Below, one piece after another: positions 27,630 through 37,833 of a DNA stretch of 64,000 nt. The notes beneath the pieces were generated by a model, which was given only the letters and a program-made list of their open reading frames with translations, had not been told where the DNA came from and did no database searches. The position numbers and the translations under genes were made by a program. The DNA is from Bacteroidales bacterium (GTDB lineage: Bacteria > Bacteroidota > Bacteroidia > Bacteroidales > Marinilabiliaceae). Numbering within the stretch: position 1 is the first letter of the stretch; each line of letters begins with the position of its first letter. The stretch covers positions 10,146 through 74,145 of the forward strand of contig SFOL01000001.1 in the NCBI GenBank assembly GCA_004552385.1, in the 5' to 3' direction.

Positions 27630-29357
27630 ATGAAGAGGTGGAACATAGAGGAGCGGCCCCAAGCCGGCCAGGCGGAGCTGCTGGCTCGCCAGGTCGGGGT
27701 GTCGGCCGTCACGGCCGCGCTGCTTATCGAAAGGGGCATAACCACCCCCGAGCGGGCCGACGCCTACCTCAACCCGCGGCTGAGCAGGCTGCACGACCCC
27801 TTTCTGATGCGCGACATGCGCAAGGCCGTGGCCAGAATAGAAACCGCCCTGGCCCGAGGCGAGAAAATACTCATATATGGTGACTATGACGTCGACGGGG
27901 CGACAGCCGTCGCGCTTGTCTATAAGACGCTGAGGCGCATAGAGGGCTCGGCAGAGAGGCTCGGGTTCTACATCCCGGACCGCTACTCCGAGGGCTACGG
28001 CATATCGCGCCAAGGGCTGGACTACGCCTCGTCGGGCGGCTTCAGCCTGGTCATAGCCCTCGACTGCGGCATCAAGGCCGTCGAGCGCATGGACGAGGCG
28101 CGCCAGAGGGGCATCGACTTCATAATATGCGACCACCACGTGGCGGGAGAGCGCCTGCCGGACGTCGCGGCGTGCCTCGACCCCAAGCGTCCCGACTGCC
28201 AATATCCGGATAAGAACCTCTCCGGATGCGGAGTGGGTTATAAGCTCATGGAGGCGCTCTACATAAGCAAGGGGATGGATCTCAACGAGCTGACGGAGCA
28301 CCTCGACATGCTCGTGATCAGCATAGCGTCAGACATAGTGCCCATGACGGGCGAGAACAGGATCTTCGCCCACTGGGGACTCAAGAGGCTCAACTCGCGC
28401 CCCAGCGTGGGGCTCAAAGCCATAATGGACGTGGCGGGCGTCGACGCTGGCCATGCGGGCATAGGCGACATCGTCTTCAAGATTGGGCCGCGCATAAACG
28501 CCGCAGGGCGAATGGGCGACGGGGCCGACGCCGTCAGGCTGCTAATATCCACTGACCCGCGCGAGGCCATGGAGATGAGCTCCCACATGGACGGAAGCAA
28601 CGACGAGAGGAAAGACCTCGACCGCGAGATCACGCGCGAGGCCATGGACATGATATGCTCGAGCGATGAGATGAGAGACGCAAGCTCCATAGTGGTCTAC
28701 AAGCCCACGTGGAGCAAAGGCGTCATAGGCATCGTGGCGTCGAGGCTGACGGAGACTTTCGCAAGGCCCGCCGTGGTGCTGACAAGGTCGCAGGCCGACC
28801 CGAGGCTGGCCACGGGCAGCGCGCGCTCTGTGGCGGGTTTCGACCTCTACAAGGGCATAGAGTCATGCGCCGACATATTAGAGGACTTCGGCGGTCACAC
28901 GCACGCCGCGGGCCTCACCATGAGGGTGGAGAACGTCCCGGATTTCACAAGGCGGTTTAACCGGTATGTGGACGAGAACACGCCGGAGCCGGACCCCACA
29001 CCGACCATCGACGTCGACCTGGAGATCGGCCTGGCCGACATAAACAGGGGGCTGATCCACGAGCTGGAGAAAATGTCGCCATTCGGCCCAGGCAACGAGA
29101 AGCCCGTCTTCGTCACACGCGGGGTGTACGACTACAGCACGTCGAAAGTATTCGGGCACGCAAGGCAGCACCTGAAACTTGACATGATAGAGACCGACGG
29201 CCGCGACGTCAGGACAGGCATAGGCTTCGGGCTGGGTGACATGTACCGCCTAATCGAGGACCGGCAGTTCGACATCTGCTACACCATAGACCGCAACATA
29301 TACCGCGGGCGCCCCGTGGTGCAGCTCATGATAAAAGACATCCACACAAGAAGATAA
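27630..29357 (+). CDS. recJ: Single-stranded-DNA-specific exonuclease RecJ
   Basis: DHH motifs are ILIYGDYDVDGATA and DCG, plus ICDHH. The DHHA1 motif is FGGHTHAAG. The start is placed at MKRWNIEERP. Confidence 0.9.
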   Translation: MKRWNIEERPQAGQAELLARQVGVSAVTAALLIERGITTPERADAYLNPRLSRLHDPFLMRDMRKAVARIETALARGEKILIYGDYDVDGATAVALVYKTLRRIEGSAERLGFYIPDRYSEGYGISRQGLDYASSGGFSLVIALDCGIKAVERMDEARQRGIDFIICDHHVAGERLPDVAACLDPKRPDCQYPDKNLSGCGVGYKLMEALYISKGMDLNELTEHLDMLVISIASDIVPMTGENRIFAHWGLKRLNSRPSVGLKAIMDVAGVDAGHAGIGDIVFKIGPRINAAGRMGDGADAVRLLISTDPREAMEMSSHMDGSNDERKDLDREITREAMDMICSSDEMRDASSIVVYKPTWSKGVIGIVASRLTETFARPAVVLTRSQADPRLATGSARSVAGFDLYKGIESCADILEDFGGHTHAAGLTMRVENVPDFTRRFNRYVDENTPEPDPTPTIDVDLEIGLADINRGLIHELEKMSPFGPGNEKPVFVTRGVYDYSTSKVFGHARQHLKLDMIETDGRDVRTGIGFGLGDMYRLIEDRQFDICYTIDRNIYRGRPVVQLMIKDIHTRR

Positions 29358-29393
29358 AACAGAGCAAGGCGAAAAACGCCAAGAAATACAGAC

Positions 29394-30839
29394 ATGTTCA
29401 GCACACAGACCTACACCAACCGCCGAGACAGACTGGCCAACCTCATGCCAGGCTCCCTCATGCTCTTCGTCGGCAACGACGACGCCTCATTCAACTACCA
29501 CGACAACCAATACCGCTTCCGCCAAGACAGCACCTTCCTATACCTCTTCGGACTCGACTCGGCATGCATGGCCGCCATAATGGACACAGCCTCGGGCGAG
29601 ACGACAATCTTTGCCGACGACGTCAGCATGGACGACATCGTATGGACGGGGCCCATGGAGAGCGTGGCGGACCGCGCAGCCAGAGCGGGCGTGAGCAAGA
29701 CGCGGCCCATGGCCGACCTTGATGCTTGCCTCAAGCGCGCGGCGGCGGGGGGCAGGACGGTGCACTACGTGCCGCCATACCGCGGCAGGACGATAATAAA
29801 GATAGCCGAGCTGACGGGCAAGACGCCCGCCGAGGTCAAGACGGGCAGCTCCACCGAGCTGACAAAGGCCCTCGTGAAGCTGCGCTCGGTAAAAGAGCAG
29901 TGCGAGATAGACGACATGGACCGCCAGATGGCGTTCGGATACGCCATGCACACAGCGGCCATGCGGATGGCCCACGAGGGCTATACCGAGAACGACATAA
30001 TGGCCCAAGTGGAGTTCGAAGCCCTCAAGGGCGGCGGCCCGGTATCATTCCCAACAATATGCACCATCCACGGCGAGACGCTCCACAACCACGGCTACAC
30101 CCACCCCCTGGAGGCCGGACGCCTGCTGCTGGTCGACGCAGGGTGCGAAAGCCCCAACCACTACGCCACAGACAACACGCGCACGACGCCCGTGGGCGGG
30201 CAGTTCACCACACGCCAGCGCGAAGTGTACGAGGTGGTGCTGGCGGCCAACAACGCCGTGGCCGCCGCGGCAAGGCCGGGCGTGACATACAAAGAGATGC
30301 ACATGCTGGCAAGCCGAGTCATAGTGGACGGGCTCAAAGCGATAGGCCTGATGAGGGGCGACACCGACGAGGCCGTGGCAGCGGGGGCGCAAGCCCTCTT
30401 CATGCCCCACGGCATAGGGCACATGCTGGGCCTTGACGTGCACGACATGGAGAACTACGGCGAAGACCTCGTGGGATATGACGACGAGGTGAGGCGCGAC
30501 AGCCAGTTCGGACTCGCCTCGCTCAGGCTGGGCAGGAGGCTGCAGGAGGGCTTCTGCGTCACCGACGAGCCGGGCATTTACTTCATCCCCGAACTCATTG
30601 ACCGATGGAAGGCCGGGCACATTTGCGAGCATTTTGTCAACTTTAGCAAGCTGGAGACGTACAAAGACTTCGGCGGCATCAGGATTGAGGACGACCTGCT
30701 GATAACGAAAGACGGATGCAGGGTGATGGGCGGCACGAGACTGCCCTCGACACCCGACGAGGTTGAGGCAGAGGCCAACAGCGGCAACAACAAGAGCCGC
30801 GGGGCGAACGGCAGAGACCGCCTGACGCAAGAGAATTAG
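29394..30839 (+). CDS. pepP: Xaa-Pro aminopeptidase (M24B family)
   Basis: 481 aa. The pita-bread metal-ligand pattern is LVDAGCE, HGIGHMLGLDVHD, TDEPGIY and IRIEDD. Confidence 0.8.
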   Translation: MFSTQTYTNRRDRLANLMPGSLMLFVGNDDASFNYHDNQYRFRQDSTFLYLFGLDSACMAAIMDTASGETTIFADDVSMDDIVWTGPMESVADRAARAGVSKTRPMADLDACLKRAAAGGRTVHYVPPYRGRTIIKIAELTGKTPAEVKTGSSTELTKALVKLRSVKEQCEIDDMDRQMAFGYAMHTAAMRMAHEGYTENDIMAQVEFEALKGGGPVSFPTICTIHGETLHNHGYTHPLEAGRLLLVDAGCESPNHYATDNTRTTPVGGQFTTRQREVYEVVLAANNAVAAAARPGVTYKEMHMLASRVIVDGLKAIGLMRGDTDEAVAAGAQALFMPHGIGHMLGLDVHDMENYGEDLVGYDDEVRRDSQFGLASLRLGRRLQEGFCVTDEPGIYFIPELIDRWKAGHICEHFVNFSKLETYKDFGGIRIEDDLLITKDGCRVMGGTRLPSTPDEVEAEANSGNNKSRGANGRDRLTQEN

Positions 30840-30868
30840 CCGCAGCCTGAAAACAAAGAACACAAAGA

Positions 30869-31810
30869 ATGAGATTAGCAATAATAGACATCGGGACCAA
30901 CACGATAAACCTGCTGGTGGCTGACACTAAACCCAACGGAGCGTACAACATCATAAGCAGCACCAAGGTGACGGCGCGACTGGGCAAGGGCGGAATAAAC
31001 GACGGCAGGCTGACCCCCGAGGCCATAAAGCGCGGGCTCGACGCCATAGACACCCACATGAAGACGCTCGCCTCGCTGGGCAAGGTGGACAAGATTGTGG
31101 CCGTAGGCACATCCGCAATGCGGAACGCCGCCAACGCCGACGAGTTCTCAAAGGCGGTGGAGGAGAAATACGGCTTCGGCATAAGAATAATAAGCGGCGA
31201 GGAGGAGGCGCGCATGATTTTCGACGGAGTGAAGCAAGTGATGCCGCTCGGCCGCGAGCGCGTGCTCATTCTCGACATAGGCGGCGGAAGCTGCGAATTC
31301 ATCATAGCCAACAAAGACGGCGTGGCGTGGGCCCACAGCTATGAGCTGGGCATGGCGCGCATCCTTGACAAATTCCACCCCTCGGACCCCATAACCCACA
31401 AGGAGGTCATGGCCATCGAGGCCTACATACGCCAAGGAGTGAGCCAAGAGGGGGCCAACCTCTACGACGCCATAAGGAACTTCCCGGCCACGACTCTCGT
31501 CGGAACGTCCGGCTCTTTCGACACCATAGCGTCACTCGTGGCGGCAAGGAACCACCCCCTGCTCAACGTCGCCCTCTCGACATCCTACGAAATCCCGATG
31601 CCGAGCTTCGACGAGACATACCGCAAACTGATAGCCTCGACGGCCGACGAGAGGAAGACGATGGGTAACATGGACCAGGCGCGCATAGACCTTATCGTGC
31701 CGGGCGCTATATTCATCAACTTCGTCTTGACGGAGCTAAAGATGGAGAGGCTGTACCAGTGTGGCTTCGCCCTTAAGCAAGGCTCAGTACTTAACTTCGC
31801 AACAGAATAA
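30869..31810 (+). CDS. ppx: Ppx/GppA-family phosphatase (exopolyphosphatase-like)
   Basis: 313 aa with the ASKHA-fold N-terminus MRLAIIDIGTNTINLLV, plus LDIGGGSCEF and VGTSGSF. Confidence 0.75.
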   Translation: MRLAIIDIGTNTINLLVADTKPNGAYNIISSTKVTARLGKGGINDGRLTPEAIKRGLDAIDTHMKTLASLGKVDKIVAVGTSAMRNAANADEFSKAVEEKYGFGIRIISGEEEARMIFDGVKQVMPLGRERVLILDIGGGSCEFIIANKDGVAWAHSYELGMARILDKFHPSDPITHKEVMAIEAYIRQGVSQEGANLYDAIRNFPATTLVGTSGSFDTIASLVAARNHPLLNVALSTSYEIPMPSFDETYRKLIASTADERKTMGNMDQARIDLIVPGAIFINFVLTELKMERLYQCGFALKQGSVLNFATE

Positions 31811-31831
31811 AAAGAGCAAGGAGGGAGAGAC

Positions 31832-32995
31832 ATGGCCAACATACTCCTTATTGACGACGAGAGGGGAATCCGCAACACGCTTGGCGAAATCCTGACCATG
31901 GAGGGCTACAACGTGACCGTGGCCGAGGACGGGGCGAAAGGCATCGAGGCGTTCACCAACGGAGACTTCGACGCCGTCCTGACCGACATCAAGATGCCAA
32001 ACATGGACGGCATGGAGGTGCTAAGCAAGCTGACGGAAATGAAGCCGGACTGCCCCGTCATAATGATCTCCGGCCACGGTGACATCGACACTGCCGTCGA
32101 GTGCATAAAAAAGGGCGCCTACGACTTCATCCAGAAGCCGCCCGACCTGAACAGGGTCACCATAACCCTCAAGAACGCGGTGGAAAAGGGCGCGCTGGTG
32201 GTCGAGACCAAGACTCTGAAAAAGAAAGTGGCGCACACATACGACATGGTGGGCGACTCGGCCCCCATGCAGAGAGTGCGCGACATGATTGCCAAAGTGG
32301 CGGCGACCGATGCGCGGGTGCTCATCCTGGGGGCCAACGGCACGGGCAAGGAGCTCGTGGCGAGGGCGCTCCACGAGAACAGTCCGAGAGCCAAATGCCC
32401 ATTCGTGGAGGTGAACTGCGCGGCCATCCCGTCAGAGCTCATCGAGAGCGAGCTCTTCGGGCACGAGAAAGGCGCGTTCACGTCGGCAGTGAAGCAACGG
32501 ATAGGCAGGTTTGAACAGGCCTCGGGCGGCACACTGTTTCTTGACGAGATAGGCGACATGAGCCTGCCGGCGCAAGCCAAGGTGCTACGCGCTCTCCAAG
32601 AGAAGACCATAACAAGGGTGGGCGGCGAGAAAGAGATTAAAGTGGACGTGAGGGTGGTGGCCGCCACCAACAAGAACCTGGCGGAGGAGATCAAGGCGGG
32701 CAACTTCCGCGAAGACCTCTACCACAGGCTCAGCGTCATCATCATCAACGTGCCGACTCTCAACGAGAGGGCCGACGACATCCCGGCACTGGCCTCTTAC
32801 TTCCTGAGCCAAGTGGCGCAAGAGATGAACGTGCCGGAAAAGAAAATCTCGCCGGAGGCCATTGAAGCCCTAAAGAAGATTAACTGGACGGGCAACATAC
32901 GCGAGTTCCGCAACGTCATGGAGAGGCTCACCATTCTCGCGTCAGCCGAAATAACGGCCGATGACGTGAGCAACTACGCGCGCCCCATAGGCTGA
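31832..32995 (+). CDS. Sigma-54-dependent response regulator (REC plus AAA+), without a C-terminal HTH domain
   Basis: The REC domain is ILLIDDE..D..LTDIKMP. The AAA+ motifs are GANGTGKE (Walker A), GAFTSA loop, LFLDEIG (Walker B) and NIREFRN. The protein ends 26 residues after NIREFRN. Confidence 0.85.
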   Translation: MANILLIDDERGIRNTLGEILTMEGYNVTVAEDGAKGIEAFTNGDFDAVLTDIKMPNMDGMEVLSKLTEMKPDCPVIMISGHGDIDTAVECIKKGAYDFIQKPPDLNRVTITLKNAVEKGALVVETKTLKKKVAHTYDMVGDSAPMQRVRDMIAKVAATDARVLILGANGTGKELVARALHENSPRAKCPFVEVNCAAIPSELIESELFGHEKGAFTSAVKQRIGRFEQASGGTLFLDEIGDMSLPAQAKVLRALQEKTITRVGGEKEIKVDVRVVAATNKNLAEEIKAGNFREDLYHRLSVIIINVPTLNERADDIPALASYFLSQVAQEMNVPEKKISPEAIEALKKINWTGNIREFRNVMERLTILASAEITADDVSNYARPIG

Positions 32996-33099
32996 AAAAG
33001 CCGCCAGACAAGGCACAAAGACGGCGCATGAGGTTAAAAATATAATGTGATAGCTGATTATTTCGGCCCTTTTTGATAATTTTAAGGGTCGAAAATGAA

Positions 33100-33648
33100 A
33101 TGATGAGCCGAATATCTCACCAAAAATTCTCGTTCAGCCTCGGCCAGCCAGGCGAGGCGACAGCTTGCTACGTAACGGACGGCACGGAGACCGAGTTCGA
33201 GCTTAGTAACGTATGCAACCCGTTGGCCGACATGCTAATGGCCATGGCATCGCTTGTAACGAACCCCGCACAGCTATGGGACGGCAGCAACACAGCCGCC
33301 TTCACGTGGTACTCCGAAAAGGAGAGCTACGATTGGACTCTCACGGCCATGCATGACGGGGCTCTGTGCATCCGCGTGACACAGTCTTGCGAGTTCTTTG
33401 GCGAAGACGAGATCGAGGTCGTCAACGGCGAGTGCGACATTGAGGAGTTCATAGCCTGCGTCACCCGCGAGATGGACCGCTTCATTAAAACGGTCGGACT
33501 GCTCAACTACCACCAGCAGTGGCAGACGGGCGAGTTCCCGCTCACTTACTTCCTGATTCTCAAGAAGCACCTGATCGACCAGGACCTGTGGGGCGAGAGC
33601 GAGGACGGTGCGACTCTTAGCGACGAGACGCGCCTGATGCTCTGTTAG
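33100..33648 (+). CDS. Hypothetical acidic cytoplasmic protein
   Basis: The ORF is 33073..33648 with a TTG start in the track. The first ATG gives MMSRISHQKF... It has no signal peptide and I recognise no family. Confidence 0.5.
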   Translation: MMSRISHQKFSFSLGQPGEATACYVTDGTETEFELSNVCNPLADMLMAMASLVTNPAQLWDGSNTAAFTWYSEKESYDWTLTAMHDGALCIRVTQSCEFFGEDEIEVVNGECDIEEFIACVTREMDRFIKTVGLLNYHQQWQTGEFPLTYFLILKKHLIDQDLWGESEDGATLSDETRLMLC

Positions 33649-33709
33649 GCTCAAGCAGCGCCAGCCTTTCTGTCAGAAAACCATACATCCGCCTACGAAG
33701 CGAAACGTC

Positions 33710-33744
33710 AAAAAGCCCCGGGGGTTACAACTCCCGGGGCTTTT
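33710..33744. terminator. Bidirectional terminator between convergent genes
   Basis: The sequence is aaaagccccggggg ttacaact cccggggctttt, a GC stem flanked by A and T tracts. Confidence 0.7.
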
Positions 33745-33776
33745 CACATCCATGCGCGGATATAATCAGGAGGCGA

Positions 33777-36134
33777 CTACTCAGTCACCAAAATCTTTCC
33801 CACCGCACTATTCTTGCCATCGGCATCTGACGCCCAGACGATGTAAACGCCATTAGCCACTCGGCCGCCGCCCTCACGCCTCAAGTCCCACCTTGCCATG
33901 CCTCCAAGCGACGTGGTCCGGAAGACGCGCCGACCGGCGGCATCGGTTACGAAAACGGGCGACGAGTCCTCAAAACCCGTCATAGAGACATATCCCGCGG
34001 CAGAGGCTGTAGCACTTACCGGGTTGGGGTAAATCCGGATCTTAGAGAGCTTGGAGGCTGGCGCCACGGCGTCGCCCCTGTAAGACACGAGGCCCTGGCT
34101 CGTAGAGAAGAAAACCTCGCCATCGGTCTGGCGTATGGCCACGCGCTCCACCAAGTTGGAAGGCAGAGGGCTGTTAGACGCCGTGAAGTGGTGGATGGTG
34201 GAGAGCCCGTCGGCACTGACAAGGTAGACGCCATTGTCCGTGGCTATCCATTTGCGGTCGGCACCGTCAACCTTAATGTCGTTGATGAACTGGCCGTCGA
34301 GCAGATAGTCGGCAAGGCCGGAGCCGTCGGTGCGCGGCACCTTAATGCGGTTGAATGTGACCGAACCCGTTTTCAGCATCTTCGAATTGTCTCGCGTAAC
34401 GAGGATGCCGGCAGTGGTTCCCACCCATATTGAGCCGTCGGCCGAGACAGCCACGGCAGTGGACCTCGTCCCGACCGTCTCGCCGGAACCCGCGTCGACA
34501 AGGCTGAAAGAGCCTACGCAATTGTCCTGCGTCTCGGCTCCGGTGCCGAGGGTCGTCATGAAAACGTCGTCGTCGGGCGTCTCGGGCGTGCCATTAAGGT
34601 TAAAGACGCACGTGTACGGCTTGTTCATCCGCGATGACCATACCCATATATTGCCATTGCTTGCCGCCACCATGCCGAGAGAGGAGTGTCCGCCTGACAT
34701 GGGACCGTATGAGTAGGAGAACCACTCGCCGTCTTTATTCATGACGTTGACGCCCGATGACACCAACGAGTTCATCACGATGAGGTTCTGATCTTCATCC
34801 ACCACCATCGCGTCGGTCAAGACGTAGTCCGAGAAAGCGGGCGAAAGAGACGAATTGCCCGACGAGTAGTTCCGCCCGAGCGCACAACCATCCACCTCAA
34901 AAACACCCGTGCCGAACGTAGACAGATAGACCCGCCGCGTGACAGGGTCGGCCGCGAAGAATACGGGGTCGCGTCCTTCGGCGTAAGAGGCCGCGCGGCA
35001 AGACGCCCACTCGTCATCATGAAGCACCGAAAATGACGTGACATTGCCCTGCGCGCCGTATGAAGCCGAGCGTCCCTGGCCGCCCACATACACGTCGCCG
35101 TCAAAGCTGAAGACGTCGGACGCGACGGCCGACGCGGGGCCTTGCGGCAGCCACGAGCGGCCTACAGACGCGAGCGAGGAGACGACAAGGCCGGCGTTCA
35201 CATCGGCTATGGCCAGCGACCCGTCAGTCATGAAAGACGCGGAGCGGAAAGAGGGTGACGAAACGACATAGGCCCCTTGCGAATCTCGGACGGACGAGAT
35301 GGAAGCCACACGCCCGAAAGCGGAGTCGAAAACGTCTACACGCCCCGAGGATACGACAGCAAGCCGCGAAGCCGACGCGTCGAGACCGCGGAAAGAGCTG
35401 ACTGTCGTCACCATTTCGGCCACAGAGCCCGTCAAACGCCACAAAGAGCACTCGCCACCGACCTCGCCCACAGCGGCCACCACTCCGCCCGCAAACGCCA
35501 CGACCGAGGCCACGCCGCCCGCAGGGGCGGGAAGCAGCGTCCACTGGCCGTAGTCCTCAAGCACACGGCTGGAGAGGTCGGCGCGGTAGAGGCCTGCTGA
35601 GGTGGCGACGTAAATCATGCCGTCTGAGACGCAAACGCCGTTGGCCGCCACGCCGCCAGACGCTATGCGCCATGCGGAGCGGATCTCGCACTTGCGGCGA
35701 TCGACCTCGGCCACGCCGCCATCGAAAGCCAGATAGAGCATGCCGCCATAGGCGGCCATGCCATTTATCCGTTTCTGAGTGAACGAGTCGCTCAAACGGA
35801 GCTCTGGTATGTTGACCGTCGAGAGTTCGGACATATCCACCAAGTCAATGTCGCCATCAGAATAGCCCACCGCGAGCAAGTCGCCATCGGCGGCAATGGC
35901 TGATATGCCCGAAGATGACAAGTGGTTAACCTTTGTCAGTTTGCCGAGCATCCCGTCGGAAGACGAGTAATAAAAGAGTCCGTAGCCGTTGCCGCACACG
36001 GGCGCGCCGCCAGCCACGGCCGTCAGGCAGCTGCCGGCAAACGAGGTCTGGTCCGTCCACTGGGCCGACGAGGCGAGGGGGAGCGACGCGGCAAGAGCGC
36101 AGGCGCACAGCGAATAGAGAAGAGACAAACGCAT
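33777..36134 (-). CDS. T9SS-sorted double beta-propeller protein, PorZ-like
   Basis: 785 aa with a signal peptide and propeller-like repeats rich in Gly, Ser, Val and Ala. The type-A T9SS C-terminal domain is IRIYPNPVS..VFVTDAAGRRVF..GVYIVWASD..GKILV. Size and architecture fit PorZ. Confidence 0.5.
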   Translation of the reverse strand: MRLSLLYSLCACALAASLPLASSAQWTDQTSFAGSCLTAVAGGAPVCGNGYGLFYYSSSDGMLGKLTKVNHLSSSGISAIAADGDLLAVGYSDGDIDLVDMSELSTVNIPELRLSDSFTQKRINGMAAYGGMLYLAFDGGVAEVDRRKCEIRSAWRIASGGVAANGVCVSDGMIYVATSAGLYRADLSSRVLEDYGQWTLLPAPAGGVASVVAFAGGVVAAVGEVGGECSLWRLTGSVAEMVTTVSSFRGLDASASRLAVVSSGRVDVFDSAFGRVASISSVRDSQGAYVVSSPSFRSASFMTDGSLAIADVNAGLVVSSLASVGRSWLPQGPASAVASDVFSFDGDVYVGGQGRSASYGAQGNVTSFSVLHDDEWASCRAASYAEGRDPVFFAADPVTRRVYLSTFGTGVFEVDGCALGRNYSSGNSSLSPAFSDYVLTDAMVVDEDQNLIVMNSLVSSGVNVMNKDGEWFSYSYGPMSGGHSSLGMVAASNGNIWVWSSRMNKPYTCVFNLNGTPETPDDDVFMTTLGTGAETQDNCVGSFSLVDAGSGETVGTRSTAVAVSADGSIWVGTTAGILVTRDNSKMLKTGSVTFNRIKVPRTDGSGLADYLLDGQFINDIKVDGADRKWIATDNGVYLVSADGLSTIHHFTASNSPLPSNLVERVAIRQTDGEVFFSTSQGLVSYRGDAVAPASKLSKIRIYPNPVSATASAAGYVSMTGFEDSSPVFVTDAAGRRVFRTTSLGGMARWDLRREGGGRVANGVYIVWASDADGKNSAVGKILVTE

Positions 36135-36137
36135 GAC

Positions 36138-36722
36138 CTACAGCTTGCTGAGAAAATTGACGAGCTGACGCACCGCCTTGCCGCGGTGGCTGACCTTGTT
36201 CTTGTCATCGAGCGACATCTCGGCGAAAGACGCCCCTCCGAAGCCCATGGGCTCAAAGACGGGGTCGTAGCCGAAGCCGCCCGTCCCGTGCTTAGCCAAG
36301 GCGATGCGTCCCGGGCACACGCCCTCAAAGACGGTCTCACGCCCGAGCTGGTCAACGTAGGCTATGACGGTGCGAAACGAGGCCTCGCGGTCCGCCACGC
36401 CGCTGAGGGCGGCAAGCAGTTTCGCCATGTTGCGCTCGGGGTCACACTCGTCTCCGGCATATCGGGCGGTGAAGACCCCCGGGGCTCCGCCCAGGGCGGC
36501 TACCTCAAGCCCGGTGTCGTCGGCGAAGCACGCTTTGCCTGTCAGTTCATGGAGGAAGTGGGCCTTGATGAGGGCGTTGCCCTCTATGGTGTTGGCGGTC
36601 TCCGGAATGTCTACCATGACACCGGCGTCGTCAAGCGTGAGGACAGAGGTCTTGCCATCCAGCATGCGAGAGATTTCCTTGGCCTTGTTGGCGTTGTGGG
36701 TGGCGAAAAGAAGCTCCTTCAT
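36138..36722 (-). CDS. rdgB: Non-canonical purine NTP pyrophosphatase (RdgB/HAM1 family)
   Basis: 194 aa: MKELLFATHNANKAKEI.., FADDTGLEV..LGGAPGV, GFGYDPVF, SHRGKA. Confidence 0.9.
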   Translation of the reverse strand: MKELLFATHNANKAKEISRMLDGKTSVLTLDDAGVMVDIPETANTIEGNALIKAHFLHELTGKACFADDTGLEVAALGGAPGVFTARYAGDECDPERNMAKLLAALSGVADREASFRTVIAYVDQLGRETVFEGVCPGRIALAKHGTGGFGYDPVFEPMGFGGASFAEMSLDDKNKVSHRGKAVRQLVNFLSKL

Positions 36723-36755
36723 TATATTATATTTGTTTTACGCGCGCATTGGCGC

Positions 36756-36793
36756 AAAGAAAGGCCGCGGCCCGGTGGAAAGGGGCGCGGCCT
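36756..36793 (-). terminator. Rho-independent terminator after the usp gene
   Basis: On the minus strand aggccgcgcccc tttccacc gggccgcggcct is followed by ttctttg. The 12-bp stem has one mismatch. Confidence 0.6.
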
Positions 36794-36840
36794 GTGACGT
36801 GCGGACGCAAGGGAAACATTCACCCCTTGGCTACCTGATA

Positions 36841-37656
36841 CTAAAAGTTGGAGTAGACGAGCTTGGCGTCAGAGCGCGGGTTGACCACGAGGACGGGGAT
36901 GCCGGCGCTGTTCGAGATGACGGTCTGCTCGTATGCTCCGAGGAGGTAATCGTGGAACGCGATGTTGCGAGTCGTGGTAATCATAATGAGATCCATCTTG
37001 TTCTCCTCGCAATGTTTGAGCGATTGCTCGAGGAAAGAGCCTTTCTCATCGACCCACTCGGTGGTGCAGTCAATGTTCTGATCCTCGAGATAGTGCTTGC
37101 AGAAGTTCATGTTGGCCCTGGTCGGGTTGTCATACATGGGTCCGTTGCCCTGCTGTCCGAAGAGGACGACCTTGATCTTGCTGATGTACGAGAGGACGGG
37201 CAACCACTTGAGCTTCTCCTTGCTCTCGATCTTGTAGTCGACAGGGAAGAGGATCTTCATCGGGTCGGCGTACTCGGGGTCTTTCTGCACGATGAGGTAT
37301 GGCACGTGGCAACCGACGATGACCTTCAGAGCCCAGCTGCCTGTGATCTTCTGGATGCCTTTCATGCCGTGCGTACCCATCACGACAAGCGTGCTGTTCT
37401 GCTCAGCCACAACCTCGTTGATGGTTGTAAAGATGCTGCCCTCGCGGACAATATAGCGAACCTGGCAATTCTCGTCCTGGGCGAACTGTGCAACTACACC
37501 CTCAAGCTTTTGAGCAGCCTCGGCCGACTGGTCTTCCTTCTTGACGATGTGGAGCAAAATGACCTCAGCCTTCATGTTCCGGGCAATGTGCGCAGCGTGT
37601 TTTACGGCGCAATCGGCGCGCTCGGTGAAATCGTAGGGGACAATAACGTTCTCCAT
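36841..37656 (-). CDS. Universal stress protein family, tandem Usp domains
   Basis: The ORF is 36841..37764. The start is chosen at MENVIVPYDFTE, which is the typical Usp N-terminus. An alternative start is MDNSM at 37668. The second domain is KILFPVDYK, and the protein ends ..GIPVLVVNP. Confidence 0.75.
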   Translation of the reverse strand: MENVIVPYDFTERADCAVKHAAHIARNMKAEVILLHIVKKEDQSAEAAQKLEGVVAQFAQDENCQVRYIVREGSIFTTINEVVAEQNSTLVVMGTHGMKGIQKITGSWALKVIVGCHVPYLIVQKDPEYADPMKILFPVDYKIESKEKLKWLPVLSYISKIKVVLFGQQGNGPMYDNPTRANMNFCKHYLEDQNIDCTTEWVDEKGSFLEQSLKHCEENKMDLIMITTTRNIAFHDYLLGAYEQTVISNSAGIPVLVVNPRSDAKLVYSNF

Positions 37657-37833
37657 AGAATTATCCATTAAAGTATTGATTAATAGGAGTATTATCTTCT
37701 GTTTGCTATCCATGCGCCCCCTTGCGCCAAAGGCTCGCGAGACGCTTTTGGATTTCTTCGGCAAATTTATGCCTAAAATTAAGCCTTATATATCTAAAAA
37801 AAAAGTAAATTGCAAGAAAATCACGGGATAGGA

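Noticed and set aside
33011-33026. aGGCACaaagacgGCg with correct GG-N10-GC spacing upstream of the orphan gene at 33100
   Set aside because: Only the invariant GG and GC plus the CAC match. The -12 element reads CGGC rather than TTGC. This is too weak to call without a genome-wide matrix, so it is noted only as a candidate to test.
36364-37671. 435-aa plus-strand ORF spanning rdgB, an intergenic terminator and the usp gene in antisense
   Set aside because: It crosses a terminator hairpin and two well-supported genes on the other strand, and the sequence is low-complexity. This is a GC-bias artefact.
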